The notes under the pieces are model-generated. The model had not been told where the DNA came from, ran no database searches, and was given only the letters and a program-made list of their open reading frames with translations. A program made the position numbers and the translations under genes. DNA of 40,207 nucleotides from an uncultured Deinococcaceae bacterium (lineage in GTDB: Bacteria; Deinococcota; Deinococci; Deinococcales; Deinococcaceae). The stretch spans positions 1 to 40,207 of the forward strand of contig CAXULY010000046.1 in NCBI GenBank assembly GCA_964252075.1, written 5' to 3'. The first letter of the stretch is position 1, and the number at the start of each line of letters is the position of its first letter. Below are positions 1 through 10,030 of the stretch, one piece after another.

Positions 1-230
1 CGGTTACATTCAGCACACCCGGGCCGACCCCTGTGCTGGCCGGCCCGCTCGGTGGCGCTCAACGCGGTGCACACCGGAACGCCTGGGCAGACCATCCACA
101 ATGGCGCGGCGCACTGCATCGGGCGCCACCGGCACATGAATGGTCCTTGAACTCAGAAAAGAAAGAGGCAGCTCTGTGCGCTTCACAGTCCCGACAAACC
201 GCCGTCACCTGAGCTGGGTAGAACCCATCC

Positions 231-455
231 ATGCCGTCCGTCCATGAGCCCATCGTGCGCCCGCTGAACCCGGAACGTCTGGCGGACCTGTTTGTGCTGG
301 AGTTCGAGGGTGGCGCGCCCAGCCCAGACCTCATGTCGCGTGTGTGGAGTGGCGGTCAGCAGTTCAAGGTGGTGGGCATCCTGGACTTCGGGGACGACAC
401 CGGACCGGTGGTGCTGGGCCTGGAAATGGAGCCGGAGGGCAACCTGCCCCTGTGA
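231..455 (+). CDS. small hypothetical protein (74 aa), paralog of 1167..1385
   Basis: Protein-like ORF; TAGAAC 6 nt upstream of ATG (leaderless-like); shares the RxWxGGxx(F/Y)xVxGxLxxGxDxGxV pattern with the 1167 ORF. Confidence 0.6.
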   Translation: MPSVHEPIVRPLNPERLADLFVLEFEGGAPSPDLMSRVWSGGQQFKVVGILDFGDDTGPVVLGLEMEPEGNLPL

Positions 456-674
456 GCGCAGCCGGGTCCGGTGTGGGCACACCTCTTCGAACGGAGGCCT
501 GAAGATCTGGCCGGACTCGAAGACGTCAGCGGCCACGCCCGCCAGGACCTGCACGGCCATGGCCAGGCGCGGGGTGGCGGACCTTCGACATCAGCGAGGA
601 GTTCACCCAAGGGGTGTAGCGGCCGAGCGCTGGTTCGACGTGAACCTCCTCGTCACGGACGGGGGGCCGCCCAC

Positions 675-924
675 TCAGCCGGTCCTGCTGCCCATTTCTT
701 CATCCTCCATCAGCGCCAGTTCCTGCAGCTGCAGGCGCAGCCCCTGTCGTTGTTCCATGGTGATGTGACCCATCAAGACCTGATGGGTCAGGGTGATGAG
801 CCGGTCGGAGCGCTCGATCATCGCGCGACAACCGAATCACCTCCTCCAGCTCGCTCAGCAGCGCCTGCGCCTCACGGTACGCTGGCTTGTCCGGCCATGA
901 ACTGTGGCCATCTCGGTCGGTCAT
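675..924 (-). pseudogene. frameshifted small helical hypothetical protein
   Basis: SD GAGGAG then ATG 924; MTDRDG...ELEEVI continues in another frame as ...MIERSDRLITLTHQVLMG...EMGSRTG*; one frameshift near 835. Confidence 0.45.
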
Positions 925-1166
925 GGTGCTCCTCAAGCCCTGGTGAGGCTGTGAGGTTCAGGAGGTCAGTCGCGTCGCCGGTGCGTCTGAGTCAGAAACG
1001 GCGAGCGCAACCACCCCACGGTGGCCGCGGATCCTCAAGACGAGGACCGCAGGGTGAAAGAGTCACCCCTCGATGCCTCAGGATATGACGCGCTCATGAG
1101 GTGCGGGTTCACCGCGCCTGCACGCACCAAACACCCACACAGGGCCAGATCGGCCATGCTGAGCGG

Positions 1167-1385
1167 ATGGCCACGGCAGACGAACCGGAAGCGATGCCCT
1201 TGCAGTTCGCGCTCATGGCGGGGTTCTTCACGGTGCGGCTGCCCCACCCGACGCTGGTCCCGCCCATCGGGGAGCGCCGCTGGTATGGCGGCGAGGAGTA
1301 CCGCGTCCGCGGGTCCCTGAACGTCGGGGAGGACGGTGGTTCGGTCCGCATCCTCCTGCTGGTCACGCGCATGCCATCCCCCTGA
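1167..1385 (+). CDS. small hypothetical protein (72 aa), paralog of 231..455
   Basis: CATGCT 6 nt upstream of ATG; 12/32 ungapped identities with the 231 ORF. Confidence 0.6.
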   Translation: MATADEPEAMPLQFALMAGFFTVRLPHPTLVPPIGERRWYGGEEYRVRGSLNVGEDGGSVRILLLVTRMPSP

Positions 1386-1396
1386 TCCCAACCCAA

Positions 1397-1519
1397 CGAA
1401 AAAAGCGCCCCCAGCCTCAGTGGCCGGGGGCGCTGCTGTCAGAACTGCTTGGCGAGCTCGGGCACGTCCGGCGTACGGCGGTCCCACACCGTGCCGGCCA
1501 GCACGTCACCGTCCACGCC
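1397..1519 (-). repeat. diverged copy of the 3' end plus terminator of the 2557..3227 gene
   Basis: Encodes GVDGDVLAGTVWDRRTPDVPELAKQF* followed by a GCGCCCCC...GGGGGCGC hairpin and T-tract; direct repeat of 2516..2637. Confidence 0.85.
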
Positions 1520-1615
1520 GGGCCGCGCCTCAACTAAGCCACCTCAAGACGGCTCCTTGTCCGCGAGGCGCGCCCTCGGACCATGACGGTCGAAGGTTCA
1601 CTTCAACTTCCGGTG

Positions 1616-2434
1616 TCAGCCGCCTGCAGCGCGCGTCCAGGTGTACGGGGTCGTCGTGGTGACGGGCAGGAGGCCGCTGCGTTGCAAGATCGGGCGGGAG
1701 AACGCCGTGGAGTCGCTGTGCAGGTACCGCACGCCGCGCGCGAGGGCCGACCGTGCACGCGCGGCCGTCAGCGCCCGGTAGAGGCCCCGCCCACGCCACT
1801 CCGGGACGGTCCCTCCCCCCCAGACACCCGCCACATCGGTGCCCGGCACGACCTCGAGGCGCCCAGCACACACGACCTCGCCGCCCGCTTCCACAACCCA
1901 GACCTCCACGAGGTCGCCCTTCAGTTCCAGGTGCCGGACCAAGTCGTCCACGTCGAACGCGACGCCAAACGCGCGCTCCTGCGCGTGCGCCGCGCGCCTC
2001 AGGTCGGGCATGGGGTCGGGTTGATCATCGACGCGGCGCACACGCACGCCCTCCGGGAGGGACACATCCACAGCGAGGGGCGCCGCCTCCCCCAGCATCA
2101 CGGTTTCGGTCTCCTCGGCCCGCAGACCCTGAGCGACGAGGCGCTCGGGCAGGTCGGGCGGCGCGTCGTGACCGCGCGTCTTCCACTCGAAGGACACGAC
2201 GTCCGCCCGTGCGGCGTAATGGTCGACCGTCCGGGCGATCAGGGCGTCCAGGGCGGCGCCCGACAACCCACCGAGGTTGCGGTACGTCACGAAGCCGCGC
2301 GGGCCGAAGGCGCCACGCCACAGTGGTCCGTCCCGGTCGACGCCCTCCGCGCCGGCCATCTCTGCTTCCTCGCGCAGTTGCGCGTCGTACAGGTCCCGAA
2401 GGCGGCGGACCAGGGCGGCGTCAAAGGTGGTCAT
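1616..2434 (-). CDS. GNAT-family N-acetyltransferase
   Basis: Acetyl-CoA motif A GGGTVPEWRGRGLYRAL and SRPILQRSG; start MTTFDA preceded by -10-like TACAGT. Confidence 0.9.
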   Translation of the reverse strand: MTTFDAALVRRLRDLYDAQLREEAEMAGAEGVDRDGPLWRGAFGPRGFVTYRNLGGLSGAALDALIARTVDHYAARADVVSFEWKTRGHDAPPDLPERLVAQGLRAEETETVMLGEAAPLAVDVSLPEGVRVRRVDDQPDPMPDLRRAAHAQERAFGVAFDVDDLVRHLELKGDLVEVWVVEAGGEVVCAGRLEVVPGTDVAGVWGGGTVPEWRGRGLYRALTAARARSALARGVRYLHSDSTAFSRPILQRSGLLPVTTTTPYTWTRAAGG

Positions 2435-2515
2435 CGCAGCGCACTGTACTGCTCGCTTCCTGGCGCTCACCTCAGCCGATTGGCCGACTGGAGATCGACC
2501 CCTGCCGGGGCGGCC

Positions 2516-2552
2516 CGAAAAAGCGCCCCCAGCCATTGTGTCCGGGGGCGCG
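2516..2552 (-). terminator. intrinsic terminator (second copy at ~1397-1434)
   Basis: GC-rich stem followed by TTTTT on the minus strand, just after stop 2557. Confidence 0.7.
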
Positions 2553-2556
2553 GCTG

Positions 2557-3227
2557 TCAGAACTGTTTGGCGAGCTCGGGGCCGTCCAGCGTGCGCCTGT
2601 ACCACACCGTGCCGTGCAGCACGTCGCCGGTCACGCCCTGCCCGAACGCGCGGCCGAACGGCACGAGCAGGCCGCCGTACGTGCAGCGCACGAGGGTCGT
2701 CTCCGGCGCTGTGCAGCGCGCGTCGTTCAGGCGCAGCGCACCCCCGGTGATGTCGATGCGGTCCAGGTAGGCCTCTTTGGCGCCCACCGCCAGCAGTGCG
2801 CGCTGCGGGCCGCTCGCGAGGGTGAAGGGAAGGTGGCCGGGTCGTTCTCTTATGCCAGTCCACGGTGCGGCATGCGTCACACAGGCGCTCCTGGGCCGCC
2901 GTGAGGGCGTCACAGGCCATGCATGGGTAGATCTCCGATGTGCCCTCGGCCGGGTGATGATCCAGCGCCGTCCACGGGCGTTTTACGCCGCCGACTTCGA
3001 AGCCGATTGAATCCCAGCGCACCTCGACGCGCACCGCCTTGCCCATTGCGATCGGCGCGCGGCCACACCAGGCCGGTGCGAGTCTCGGCGCTCGGGTGCG
3101 CGGAGAGCTCCGCCCGGCCCACCCCGCCGTGCGTGACGAACGCGCGAAAGGACGCGTGAAGTGCCAGGTGGTCGTGCGGCGCCACTTGCACGAGGCGACC
3201 CCGGTGGTTCACGGTGAACGTGAGCAT
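2557..3227 (-). pseudogene. frameshifted hypothetical protein with a CxxC-x10-CxxC zinc ribbon
   Basis: Three consecutive frames: MLTFTVNHRG..., GKAVRVEVRW...CMAC...CDAC, LPFTLASGP...ELAKQF*; total length 671 nt is not a multiple of 3. Confidence 0.6.
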
Positions 3228-3309
3228 GGTTTCAGCGCACCCCACCCCCGGTGGGGTAGGTGGGGTGCGCCCCGTTTGCTCAGCGCGGTGCGTCGTACGA
3301 TGCACCGCT

Positions 3310-3567
3310 TCACGGCCGTTCGTGGTCGCCTCCCGGGCCATTCGGGTGCAGCGCGCCGAGCTGCACCTGTGGGATCATGCCGATCTCGTCCTGGCGCCGC
3401 CCATCCACGCGGTACAGGAAGGGGACGTGCAGGAAAAAACGCTTGTACCGGCGGTTCTTCGAGAGCGTCAGGACGGACGGCGGCACCTGGCCCTCGAACA
3501 ACGTCCAGTTGAAGTGATGGGAGGCCCGCTGGTGGTCGTCGGCGGTGAGGGCGATGGGGCTCAGCAC
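3310..3567 (-). pseudogene. truncated SprT-like metalloprotease N-terminal fragment
   Basis: HHFNWTLFEGQVP..LTL....R.......F...DG...DEIGMIP resembles the N-terminus of plasmid SprT-like proteins; no HExxH motif is reached. Confidence 0.55.
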
Positions 3568-3570
3568 GCC

Positions 3571-3840
3571 TCAGTTCCGCGCGAGGTGCCGCGACAGTGT
3601 CGTGAGGCGCGCCAGGACGTCCCGCTGCGCCTGAACGGGGAAGTCCAGGCCGTGCAGCCACGCCGTCAGGACCAGGCGGTTCGCGTACAGCATCTCCGGC
3701 GTGACCTCCTCCGTGAGGTCCTCCAGCAGCGACGAGAGCGGGAACGGGTTCGGCGCGCCGGACGCCTCAAGCGACTGATGCAGGGCGGTGTACACGTCCT
3801 TGAGGACGGCAATGTCGTCAGGAGCCAGGGTGTGTGTCAT
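3571..3840 (-). CDS. hypothetical helical protein (89 aa)
   Basis: Protein-like ORF with high-GC3 codons, packed between neighbours. Confidence 0.7.
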   Translation of the reverse strand: MTHTLAPDDIAVLKDVYTALHQSLEASGAPNPFPLSSLLEDLTEEVTPEMLYANRLVLTAWLHGLDFPVQAQRDVLARLTTLSRHLARN

Positions 3841-3843
3841 CGT

Positions 3844-4512
3844 TTAATGCTGAGTGCGCGGCACTGTTCGGTCCACCGGGGGCGCTCGGCGCTCGGTGGA
3901 CATGCGCAGCGCCATCAGTGCGCCGTCCGCAACGCCGCCGCGCACCAGCAGCCGGCAGCCCACTTCGGGCAGGGCGGCGCTCAGCGTGCGGTGCGCCCGG
4001 CAGGTGACCTCGAACGGCGGCACCTTCGGGTTGTTGGGCGTGACCCGGACGGTGAACGCTTCCGGGCCGACGTGGGTGAGTGTCCCGCAGACGCTCAGCG
4101 CGAGCAGGCCAGGGGTGCCCACGTCAACGCGCTGCGCCTTCCCCAGTCTCCAGTGCGCCACGCGCCCGGTGTCGTCCGTGCGCGGCCAGAGGACCGCGTG
4201 CGCCAGCTCGCCCACCTCAGGTAGCGTCCCCTGAGCGGGTGGCGTCGCGGTGAGGGCGCGTTCACCCACGCGCAACTGCACCTCGCCTTCGGCGCGAACG
4301 ATCGTGTCGGTCACGAGGCACGTGGCGTGGTCGTACCGGGTGGGTTTCTCCAGAACGTCGGCGGGCAGCGATCCGCGCTTCGCCCGCTGGACGGGCCGCG
4401 CTGGCGCGGCCGTTTCCATGGCCGCGGCGACCTCCGCAGTTGGCGCAGGGTGGTCGGCCGTGCTGCGCGCTTCCGGACGATGGCTCTGCGGTGTGCGCCT
4501 CCGCGCGGTCAT
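3844..4512 (-). CDS. hypothetical protein, possibly two OB-like beta domains
   Basis: Beta-rich sequence with an internal repeat (LPEVGE / LPEVGC); start chosen at MTARRR. Confidence 0.6.
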   Translation of the reverse strand: MTARRRTPQSHRPEARSTADHPAPTAEVAAAMETAAPARPVQRAKRGSLPADVLEKPTRYDHATCLVTDTIVRAEGEVQLRVGERALTATPPAQGTLPEVGELAHAVLWPRTDDTGRVAHWRLGKAQRVDVGTPGLLALSVCGTLTHVGPEAFTVRVTPNNPKVPPFEVTCRAHRTLSAALPEVGCRLLVRGGVADGALMALRMSTERRAPPVDRTVPRTQH

Positions 4513-4758
4513 CGCGCCACCCCCGCGCGCGACGAGCGACGGCGGCGGGTGGCGCCGGCTGATGCTGTCCCGTGGCTGGGCCGGTCGGAACGATTGAGGG
4601 CCAGACGCCTGGCGCGGCCGTTCGCCACGAAGGGGGCGGGTGGAAAGGAGATGGACATGTGCCCGATCCTGCCAGCGCATCACCATTGGATGTCCTCCGG
4701 CCTGTTCTGCCGGCCGCGCATCCCGCCCGCGTGGTCCGGGCGGGGTGACCGCCATCCC

Positions 4759-5103
4759 TCAGTCGCTCGCCTGCAGGGCCTGGGGGAACAGCGCCAGGCT
4801 CAGCCCCAGCGCAGGTGCATACAGCATCACCACCCATGTGAGGTGCGCCACCTGGGCGTCCGTGAGCACCTGGTGGTGCAGCACCGCGAACACACAGCCG
4901 ATGAAGCTCGCGACGCTGCCCGCGCGGCGGTCAAGGGCGAGCAGCAGCAGGCCCAGGCCGCCGAAGCCCAGCGCGAGCGTCAGGTCGTCCAGCTGGTCCG
5001 CGAGGAGCGCGGGCCTCAGGATCACCAGGAGGATCAGCGCGGGCGTGACGATGAAGCGAATGACGCCGTGCGTGCCCCTGCTGTTGCTGGTTTCTTCGTT
5101 CAT
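4759..5103 (-). CDS. small membrane protein (about 4 TM segments)
   Basis: Four hydrophobic stretches in 114 aa. Confidence 0.7.
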   Translation of the reverse strand: MNEETSNSRGTHGVIRFIVTPALILLVILRPALLADQLDDLTLALGFGGLGLLLLALDRRAGSVASFIGCVFAVLHHQVLTDAQVAHLTWVVMLYAPALGLSLALFPQALQASD

Positions 5104-5163
5104 GCCCGCCGCGCACCCCGGGCGAAGCCGGGGTGACGCTGCCCGCCGAGCCCGGCCCCGGTT

Positions 5164-5590
5164 TCAGCGCTGGAGTTCCTCCCGCACCTGCATCAGCAGT
5201 CGCCCCAGGTGGTTCTCGCCGCGCCCGCTGCGCACGTCCACTCCCCAAAAGACATCCCCCAACGGTTGCCCTCGACGAGGCGCGCCCCGCCCATGGCGAG
5301 CAGCAGCGGGCCGAGGCGCCCGCCGGGCCGGTTCTCTGCCGCAGCAGGCCCAGCATGACCTCCAGACGCAGCGCCTCCCAGTCCGCCCACAGCGTCAAGG
5401 TGCGCCCCAAGCGTTTCGCTTCGCCGGGCGTGCGGGACGCCCGCACCCGCGCGCTCCTCCGGCACGACGCTCTTGGCGGCCTGATGGGCGAACTCGACGC
5501 ACGGCCAAACGGTGCCGCCCAGCCGCACGGGCGCCGGGTAAAAGTTCGACAGGAAGCGGTGCGCCCCCGGAATGCGGTGATGGCCGACAT
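5164..5590 (-). pseudogene. NADAR (YbiA-like) family protein, multiply frameshifted
   Basis: FLSNFYPAP, E.AHQAAK, PGEAKRLGR, WEALRLEVM, LVEGNRWG and WG...GRGENHLGRLLMQVREEL are spread over 3 frames (about 4 frameshifts). Confidence 0.85.
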
Positions 5591-5646
5591 GCCCGCCCGT
5601 CACCCCAACAGCGGTGTTGAGGTGAGGCGATACGCAAGCGCGCGCT

Positions 5647-5835
5647 TCAGGCGAGCGGCTTCAGGCCGTCCCGGTCGAACACGGTGGTCTTCCCACGCGT
5701 GCGGCGGGCGCGCATCACGCCGTTCGCATCGACCACCCTCGCTTCGAAAGCAAGGCCGATGGCGAGGACGGCCGCGGTGAGGAACGAGACCTGACCGGTC
5801 CCTCTCGGGATGATGACGGTGAACATGCCCGCCAC
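5647..5835 (-). CDS. small hypothetical protein
   Basis: Short ORF co-oriented with neighbours. Confidence 0.35.
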   Translation of the reverse strand: MAGMFTVIIPRGTGQVSFLTAAVLAIGLAFEARVVDANGVMRARRTRGKTTVFDRDGLKPLA

Positions 5836-6070
5836 CGCACCCCGCCCTCGGACGGGGAATCGGCGTTCACGTCCAGGTCGAGGTCGTGCTTCAGGGGGAG
5901 GAGAAGGCGGCGCTGGCGGCCAGCACGAAGATCCACAGCGCGAACAGGGCCATCAGGAGGCTCATGCCGCACGGGACGACCCACGCCGGAGGAAAGGCGC
6001 GCCTCACGCCGAGGCGGGGGGTGATGCCCTCTCCCTTCGCCGCCTCCCGGTCCCCCGCGGCGACGCTCGG

Positions 6071-6427
6071 TTACGGCTGGGGTGCGCTGCTCCGGTTGCG
6101 CTGCACGGCCGCGCGAATGCCGCCCGCGAGCCGCGACGCCAGCACGTCCCGCTCCTGCACCTCCAGGTCCTGCGCGGGTGGCGGGACCGTGACCGCCTGC
6201 AGGGGCGAGGGTGACTGCGCGGCATGAGATTCCTGCGGCGGTGTGACCGCCCCTGGTTTTCGGCGCCAGCGGACGTGCACGGGTGGGGGCGGCACGCGCC
6301 GGCGCATGACCTGCAGCTGGTAGCGGCGCGCGAGGGCGCGCACCTCCAGCTGCGTCTGCACGCGGGCCTGCAGGTGGACGAGGGCGAGCAGCAGCGCGAA
6401 CCAGGCGTTCAGGACCAGCGGTGTCAT
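6071..6427 (-). CDS. hypothetical protein with N-terminal hydrophobic segment
   Basis: MTPLVLNAWFALLLALVHL...; directly downstream of the helicase. Confidence 0.5.
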   Translation of the reverse strand: MTPLVLNAWFALLLALVHLQARVQTQLEVRALARRYQLQVMRRRVPPPPVHVRWRRKPGAVTPPQESHAAQSPSPLQAVTVPPPAQDLEVQERDVLASRLAGGIRAAVQRNRSSAPQP

Positions 6428-6467
6428 GCCCGCCCGCCGCACCCCCGCGCCGCCCTTCGCGCGGGGG

Positions 6468-8006
6468 TCACGCCTCTGCCGACTGCACGAACCACAGGGC
6501 GTTCGTGGCGCGCGTGACCGCCACGAACGCCACGGGGCGCTCCGCGTCGTCCGGGACCGCCAGCAGCTCGTCCGGCTCCAGCAGCAGCGCCCTGGTCGCT
6601 TCCAGGCCCTTGGCGCGGTGCACGGTGCACAGCCGCACCGCGCCGTCCTGCGGTTCGGTCAGGCGCTTCACGAGGGCCGCCACGTCCCGCGCGCTCGCCG
6701 GTCCGGCGCTCGCGACCTGCACGGCGAGCGCCGCGACGCACGCGAGGCGGTCCTCCTCCGCCCGCACCGCCCGCGCGAGCACCTGCCCCCTCAGCCCCTT
6801 CGTAATGAGCGCATCGAGGCGGCTGGTGGCATAGGCGAGCACCCGCCCTTCCACCTCGTCCGCCGCGAACGTGCCGGGCAGCGCTTCTTGAGCGGCGTCC
6901 CCGATGACGCGCTCCAGGTCATGCCCGAGCACCGTGACCGGCAGCCCGCGCTCCGCGAGGCGCAGCGCGAAGCCCACGATCGGGGCGTTCAGGCGCGCCA
7001 TCACCAGGTCCCCCGGCTGGCACGCCAGGATCGCCGCTTCCAGGTCCACGGTGCGCACCTCGCCCTCCTGTGCGCCCGGCGCCGCCTGGATGTGGGTGGA
7101 GTACCGCTGCGCGAGCCGCACGTGGCTTGTGGGGCAGCGGAAGGTCACGGTGAGGTGCAGCAGCCGCGCGGGCAGCTCCGCCACCGCGCGGGCAAGGCCG
7201 CCCACGTCCGCTCCCGAAAAGCCGTAGAGCGTTTGATCAGCGTCTCCGACCAAAACAAGGCGCCCATGCGCCCCTGCGAGGTGCCGCACGAAGCGCAGCT
7301 GCAGCCGGCTGAGGTCCTGCGCCTCGTCCACCAGCGCGTGATCCAGCATGCCCTGGCCCAGCCCCAGCTTGATGGGGAGGTACAGCAGGTCCGTGTAATC
7401 CACCACGCCCGTCTCGTGGTACTGCCGGACGCTCTCGTCACTCACCGAGCGCACCACGTCGAGGATCGGTACGTCCTGCGGGATGAGCAGGTCCAGCTCA
7501 GCGGCCAGCGCGCGCAGCGCCCCTTCGGTCGCGGGAGTGAGCTGCGTCAGGGCGCGCTCCGCGAGGCGCGTCAGGTCCGAGGTGAGACCCGGCGGCAGGC
7601 CGAGCGCCGCGAGCTGCGCGCGCACCAGGTTGCGGCGCTTGAACGGCACGACCGTCACGCCCCCCTTCCGCCCAGCGCGCAGGAGCTTGTGACCCAGTTT
7701 GTGCAGCGGCGTGACCGTCACGCCCACAGGCATGCGCGGGGCGATCTCCTGCGCGATCGACACGCCAAACGCCAGCACCGCGTTGCGCCCCGGTGGCAGC
7801 AGCTGCGCGAGCACGCGCAACACCGTGCTCTTCCCACTGCCGGCCGTGCTGCTCACCACCAGGTGCTCCGGCGTCTCCAGCAGCGCTTCCACCACCGCGA
7901 GCTGCTCCGGCGTGAACGGCGCGAGGTCCGCCGCGACCGCCGACCACACCTCCGGGTCCAGCAGGTCCTGCAGGCGCGCGAGGGTCGGTTGTTCGAGGAC
8001 CGTCAT
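6468..8006 (-). CDS. UvrD/Rep-like superfamily 1 helicase
   Basis: Walker A STAGSGKST, VDEAQD, VGDADQTLYGFSGA, TFRCP, TVHRAKGLE, FVAVTRA. Confidence 0.92.
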   Translation of the reverse strand: MTVLEQPTLARLQDLLDPEVWSAVAADLAPFTPEQLAVVEALLETPEHLVVSSTAGSGKSTVLRVLAQLLPPGRNAVLAFGVSIAQEIAPRMPVGVTVTPLHKLGHKLLRAGRKGGVTVVPFKRRNLVRAQLAALGLPPGLTSDLTRLAERALTQLTPATEGALRALAAELDLLIPQDVPILDVVRSVSDESVRQYHETGVVDYTDLLYLPIKLGLGQGMLDHALVDEAQDLSRLQLRFVRHLAGAHGRLVLVGDADQTLYGFSGADVGGLARAVAELPARLLHLTVTFRCPTSHVRLAQRYSTHIQAAPGAQEGEVRTVDLEAAILACQPGDLVMARLNAPIVGFALRLAERGLPVTVLGHDLERVIGDAAQEALPGTFAADEVEGRVLAYATSRLDALITKGLRGQVLARAVRAEEDRLACVAALAVQVASAGPASARDVAALVKRLTEPQDGAVRLCTVHRAKGLEATRALLLEPDELLAVPDDAERPVAFVAVTRATNALWFVQSAEA

Positions 8007-8075
8007 GCTGGCCTCTGCACCCCGGCAGGAAGCGCCGCAGGCGCGCCGGGGTGACGCCCATGCCCTGCCCCCGCG

Positions 8076-8441
8076 TCAGGCCAGCTGGGCGGCCCGCGCG
8101 CGCTCCAGCAGCTGCTGGAGCGCCGCCCCATCAAGCACCGTGTCCGTCCCGCCGTTCAGGCACAAGCCCGCACGCCCGTGACCCTGCAGGATCGGTGCCG
8201 CCGGGTACGCGGAGTACACCACCGAAGCCGCCGGGCCGGACGCGGTCAGCAGCACCAGCACCGCCGCGAGACTCAACCGCCCGTGCCCCGCATCGCGGTA
8301 CAGGACGACGCCCGTGCCCGCCCGGATGCCTGGCGCGTTTGTGATGCTCGCCGGCTCCCACTCCAGAATCTCTCCGCGCACGTCGAGAAAGCGCGTGGGC
8401 CGTTCCGTGGCCGGTCCGGTGATCACCTGTGCATGCGTCAT
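8076..8441 (-). CDS. hypothetical protein
   Basis: Protein-like C-terminal part of the ORF, from MTHAQV. Confidence 0.55.
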   Translation of the reverse strand: MTHAQVITGPATERPTRFLDVRGEILEWEPASITNAPGIRAGTGVVLYRDAGHGRLSLAAVLVLLTASGPAASVVYSAYPAAPILQGHGRAGLCLNGGTDTVLDGAALQQLLERARAAQLA

Positions 8442-8500
8442 GCTGCGCGCTGCACCCGACCTGCCACGGGCCGGGTCACGCCATCCCGCCGCGTTCGCCG

Positions 8501-8914
8501 TCAACGGGTCAGCGCGTCGCGCGTCACACGCAGCTGCCCCGCGATCTTCGCGCGGGCGCGCAGCAGCACCGGGTCGCGCGAGGTTTGATGCGCCAGCACC
8601 ACCGTCACCGACACCGCGCTCAGGACCAGCGCCGCGCGGTTCACGCGCGACAACGGGCGGCGCGGCAACTGCATCTCCGCCCGACGAGCCAGCACCGCCG
8701 CGGCACCCGGCAACGGCGCCTCCGGGTCGAAGGTCCGGTCGGTCAGACCGAGCCGCGCGCACTCCGCGAGGCGCACCGCGCGCACCACCGCCCCCACCTC
8801 CTCCCGCGTCAACGCCGGCGCGTTCAGGACCGTGCGGCGGGCCCGCACCGCCCGGCGGGGAAGAGGGGAGGGCGAACCGATGGGACGGGGGAACGTGAAG
8901 GCGATGTTCGTCAT
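8501..8914 (-). CDS. hypothetical protein
   Basis: ORF from MTNIAF (an in-frame GTG at 8920 is also possible). Confidence 0.55.
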   Translation of the reverse strand: MTNIAFTFPRPIGSPSPLPRRAVRARRTVLNAPALTREEVGAVVRAVRLAECARLGLTDRTFDPEAPLPGAAAVLARRAEMQLPRRPLSRVNRAALVLSAVSVTVVLAHQTSRDPVLLRARAKIAGQLRVTRDALTR

Positions 8915-9065
8915 GATCACCCGGCACCCTCGCTCACGCGGGGGTGAGGACGTTCCCGGCCACCGACCCCCGAGCGCCCAAGGGGGGCGGCCCGCGAAGC
9001 GCGGGCCGACACCAGCGCGGCCCACCATCACGAAAGGGCGGTTGGCCCACATGGGCTGACCTCCC

Positions 9066-9401
9066 TCAAGCGCGGCGGGTGGTGCCCCAGGCCTGCACGT
9101 GATTCCCGACGTTCACCGCCGCCTCGAACGCCAGGCGATCCAGCAACCCTTTTGGCGCCGGGAGGTTCAGCTCGGCGAGCTTTCCCTGCAACTCCTCCAG
9201 CGACAGACCACCGAAGGCCAAGCCGATCCGCCCGCGGAACAACGCCACGTCGGACGACGAGCTGTACACCAGCCCCACGTCCTCCGGCAGGTCCGGATCC
9301 GTGACGTTCACGAAATAATGCGCGCACGGACGGTCCCAGCCAACCACGACAGACAGGGGCGACGGGTCTGCACGATCGACGAAGAAGTGATGTCGGCTCA
9401 T
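9066..9401 (-). CDS. conserved-looking plasmid hypothetical protein (GWDRP..YF motif)
   Basis: VVVGWDRPCAHYFVNV; the hairpin CACCGCCAC/GTGGCGGTG lies upstream. Confidence 0.7.
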   Translation of the reverse strand: MSRHHFFVDRADPSPLSVVVGWDRPCAHYFVNVTDPDLPEDVGLVYSSSSDVALFRGRIGLAFGGLSLEELQGKLAELNLPAPKGLLDRLAFEAAVNVGNHVQAWGTTRRA

Positions 9402-9498
9402 GCCCACCTGCGCACCGCCACGCGCCCTCCTGTGGCGGTGACCGCCATGCCCAGGTCCACGCCCGCGCGCGACACGAAAGGAGAACGGCGCGCCCATC

Positions 9499-9527
9499 AA
9501 AAAAAGGGGAGGCGCGCACGCCCCTTC
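9499..9527 (-). terminator. intrinsic terminator
   Basis: AAGGGG(A)GGCG/CGCCCCTT stem with a T7 tract on the minus strand. Confidence 0.6.
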
Positions 9528-9549
9528 ACGACCGCCGGGACGTCACGTC

Positions 9550-9998
9550 TCACCTGAAGAACCACCCGCGGGCATCGTTCCCCGTCAAGCCCACGAACGC
9601 TTTCGCCCAGGACCCCCCGGCCTGCAGATCCGGCGGCTCGACCCGGAAACTGACCCCTGCACCGCCGCCACGCCCGATCGCGGCGGCGACCGCCTCTCCC
9701 AAGACCTTTCGCCGTTCAGCGCAGCCGAAGTGCCACACCCCGAAAGTCCCCCGCCGTCACTTCCTCACCGCGCAGCACCCGCACTGTCGCCGCGTGCCCC
9801 ACCGGGATGTCGCCCGCCAGGATGCGCGTGCCCGCCGGGCCGCACAGCAACAGGTCCGGTCACCGGGCCGCATCGACCTCGCCCGAGCGCCGCGCGGTCC
9901 ATGGCGTGCCGCGGGTCACGGCCCTGCACGATGCATACGGCCACCTCCTCCAGCGCCCGCCCCTGTGCCCTCAGAATCAGGATCACCTCATCACGCAT
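9550..9998 (-). pseudogene. decayed hypothetical gene
   Basis: Good SD GGAGG and MRDEVILIL..., then the protein-like reading switches frame and meets stops. Confidence 0.35.
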
Positions 9999-10030
9999 GG
10001 TCCTCCGCCTGATCACACCGGACCGCAAGG

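Noticed and set aside
231..2500. Integron cassette array
   Set aside because: No integron integrase, no recognisable attC sites, and mixed gene orientation
1397..2637. DGR template/variable repeat pair
   Set aside because: Mismatches are not adenine-specific and there is no reverse transcriptase
1616..3046. 476-aa GNAT fusion ORF
   Set aside because: Artefact: the frame runs through the frameshifted upstream gene and its terminator; the GNAT starts at 2434
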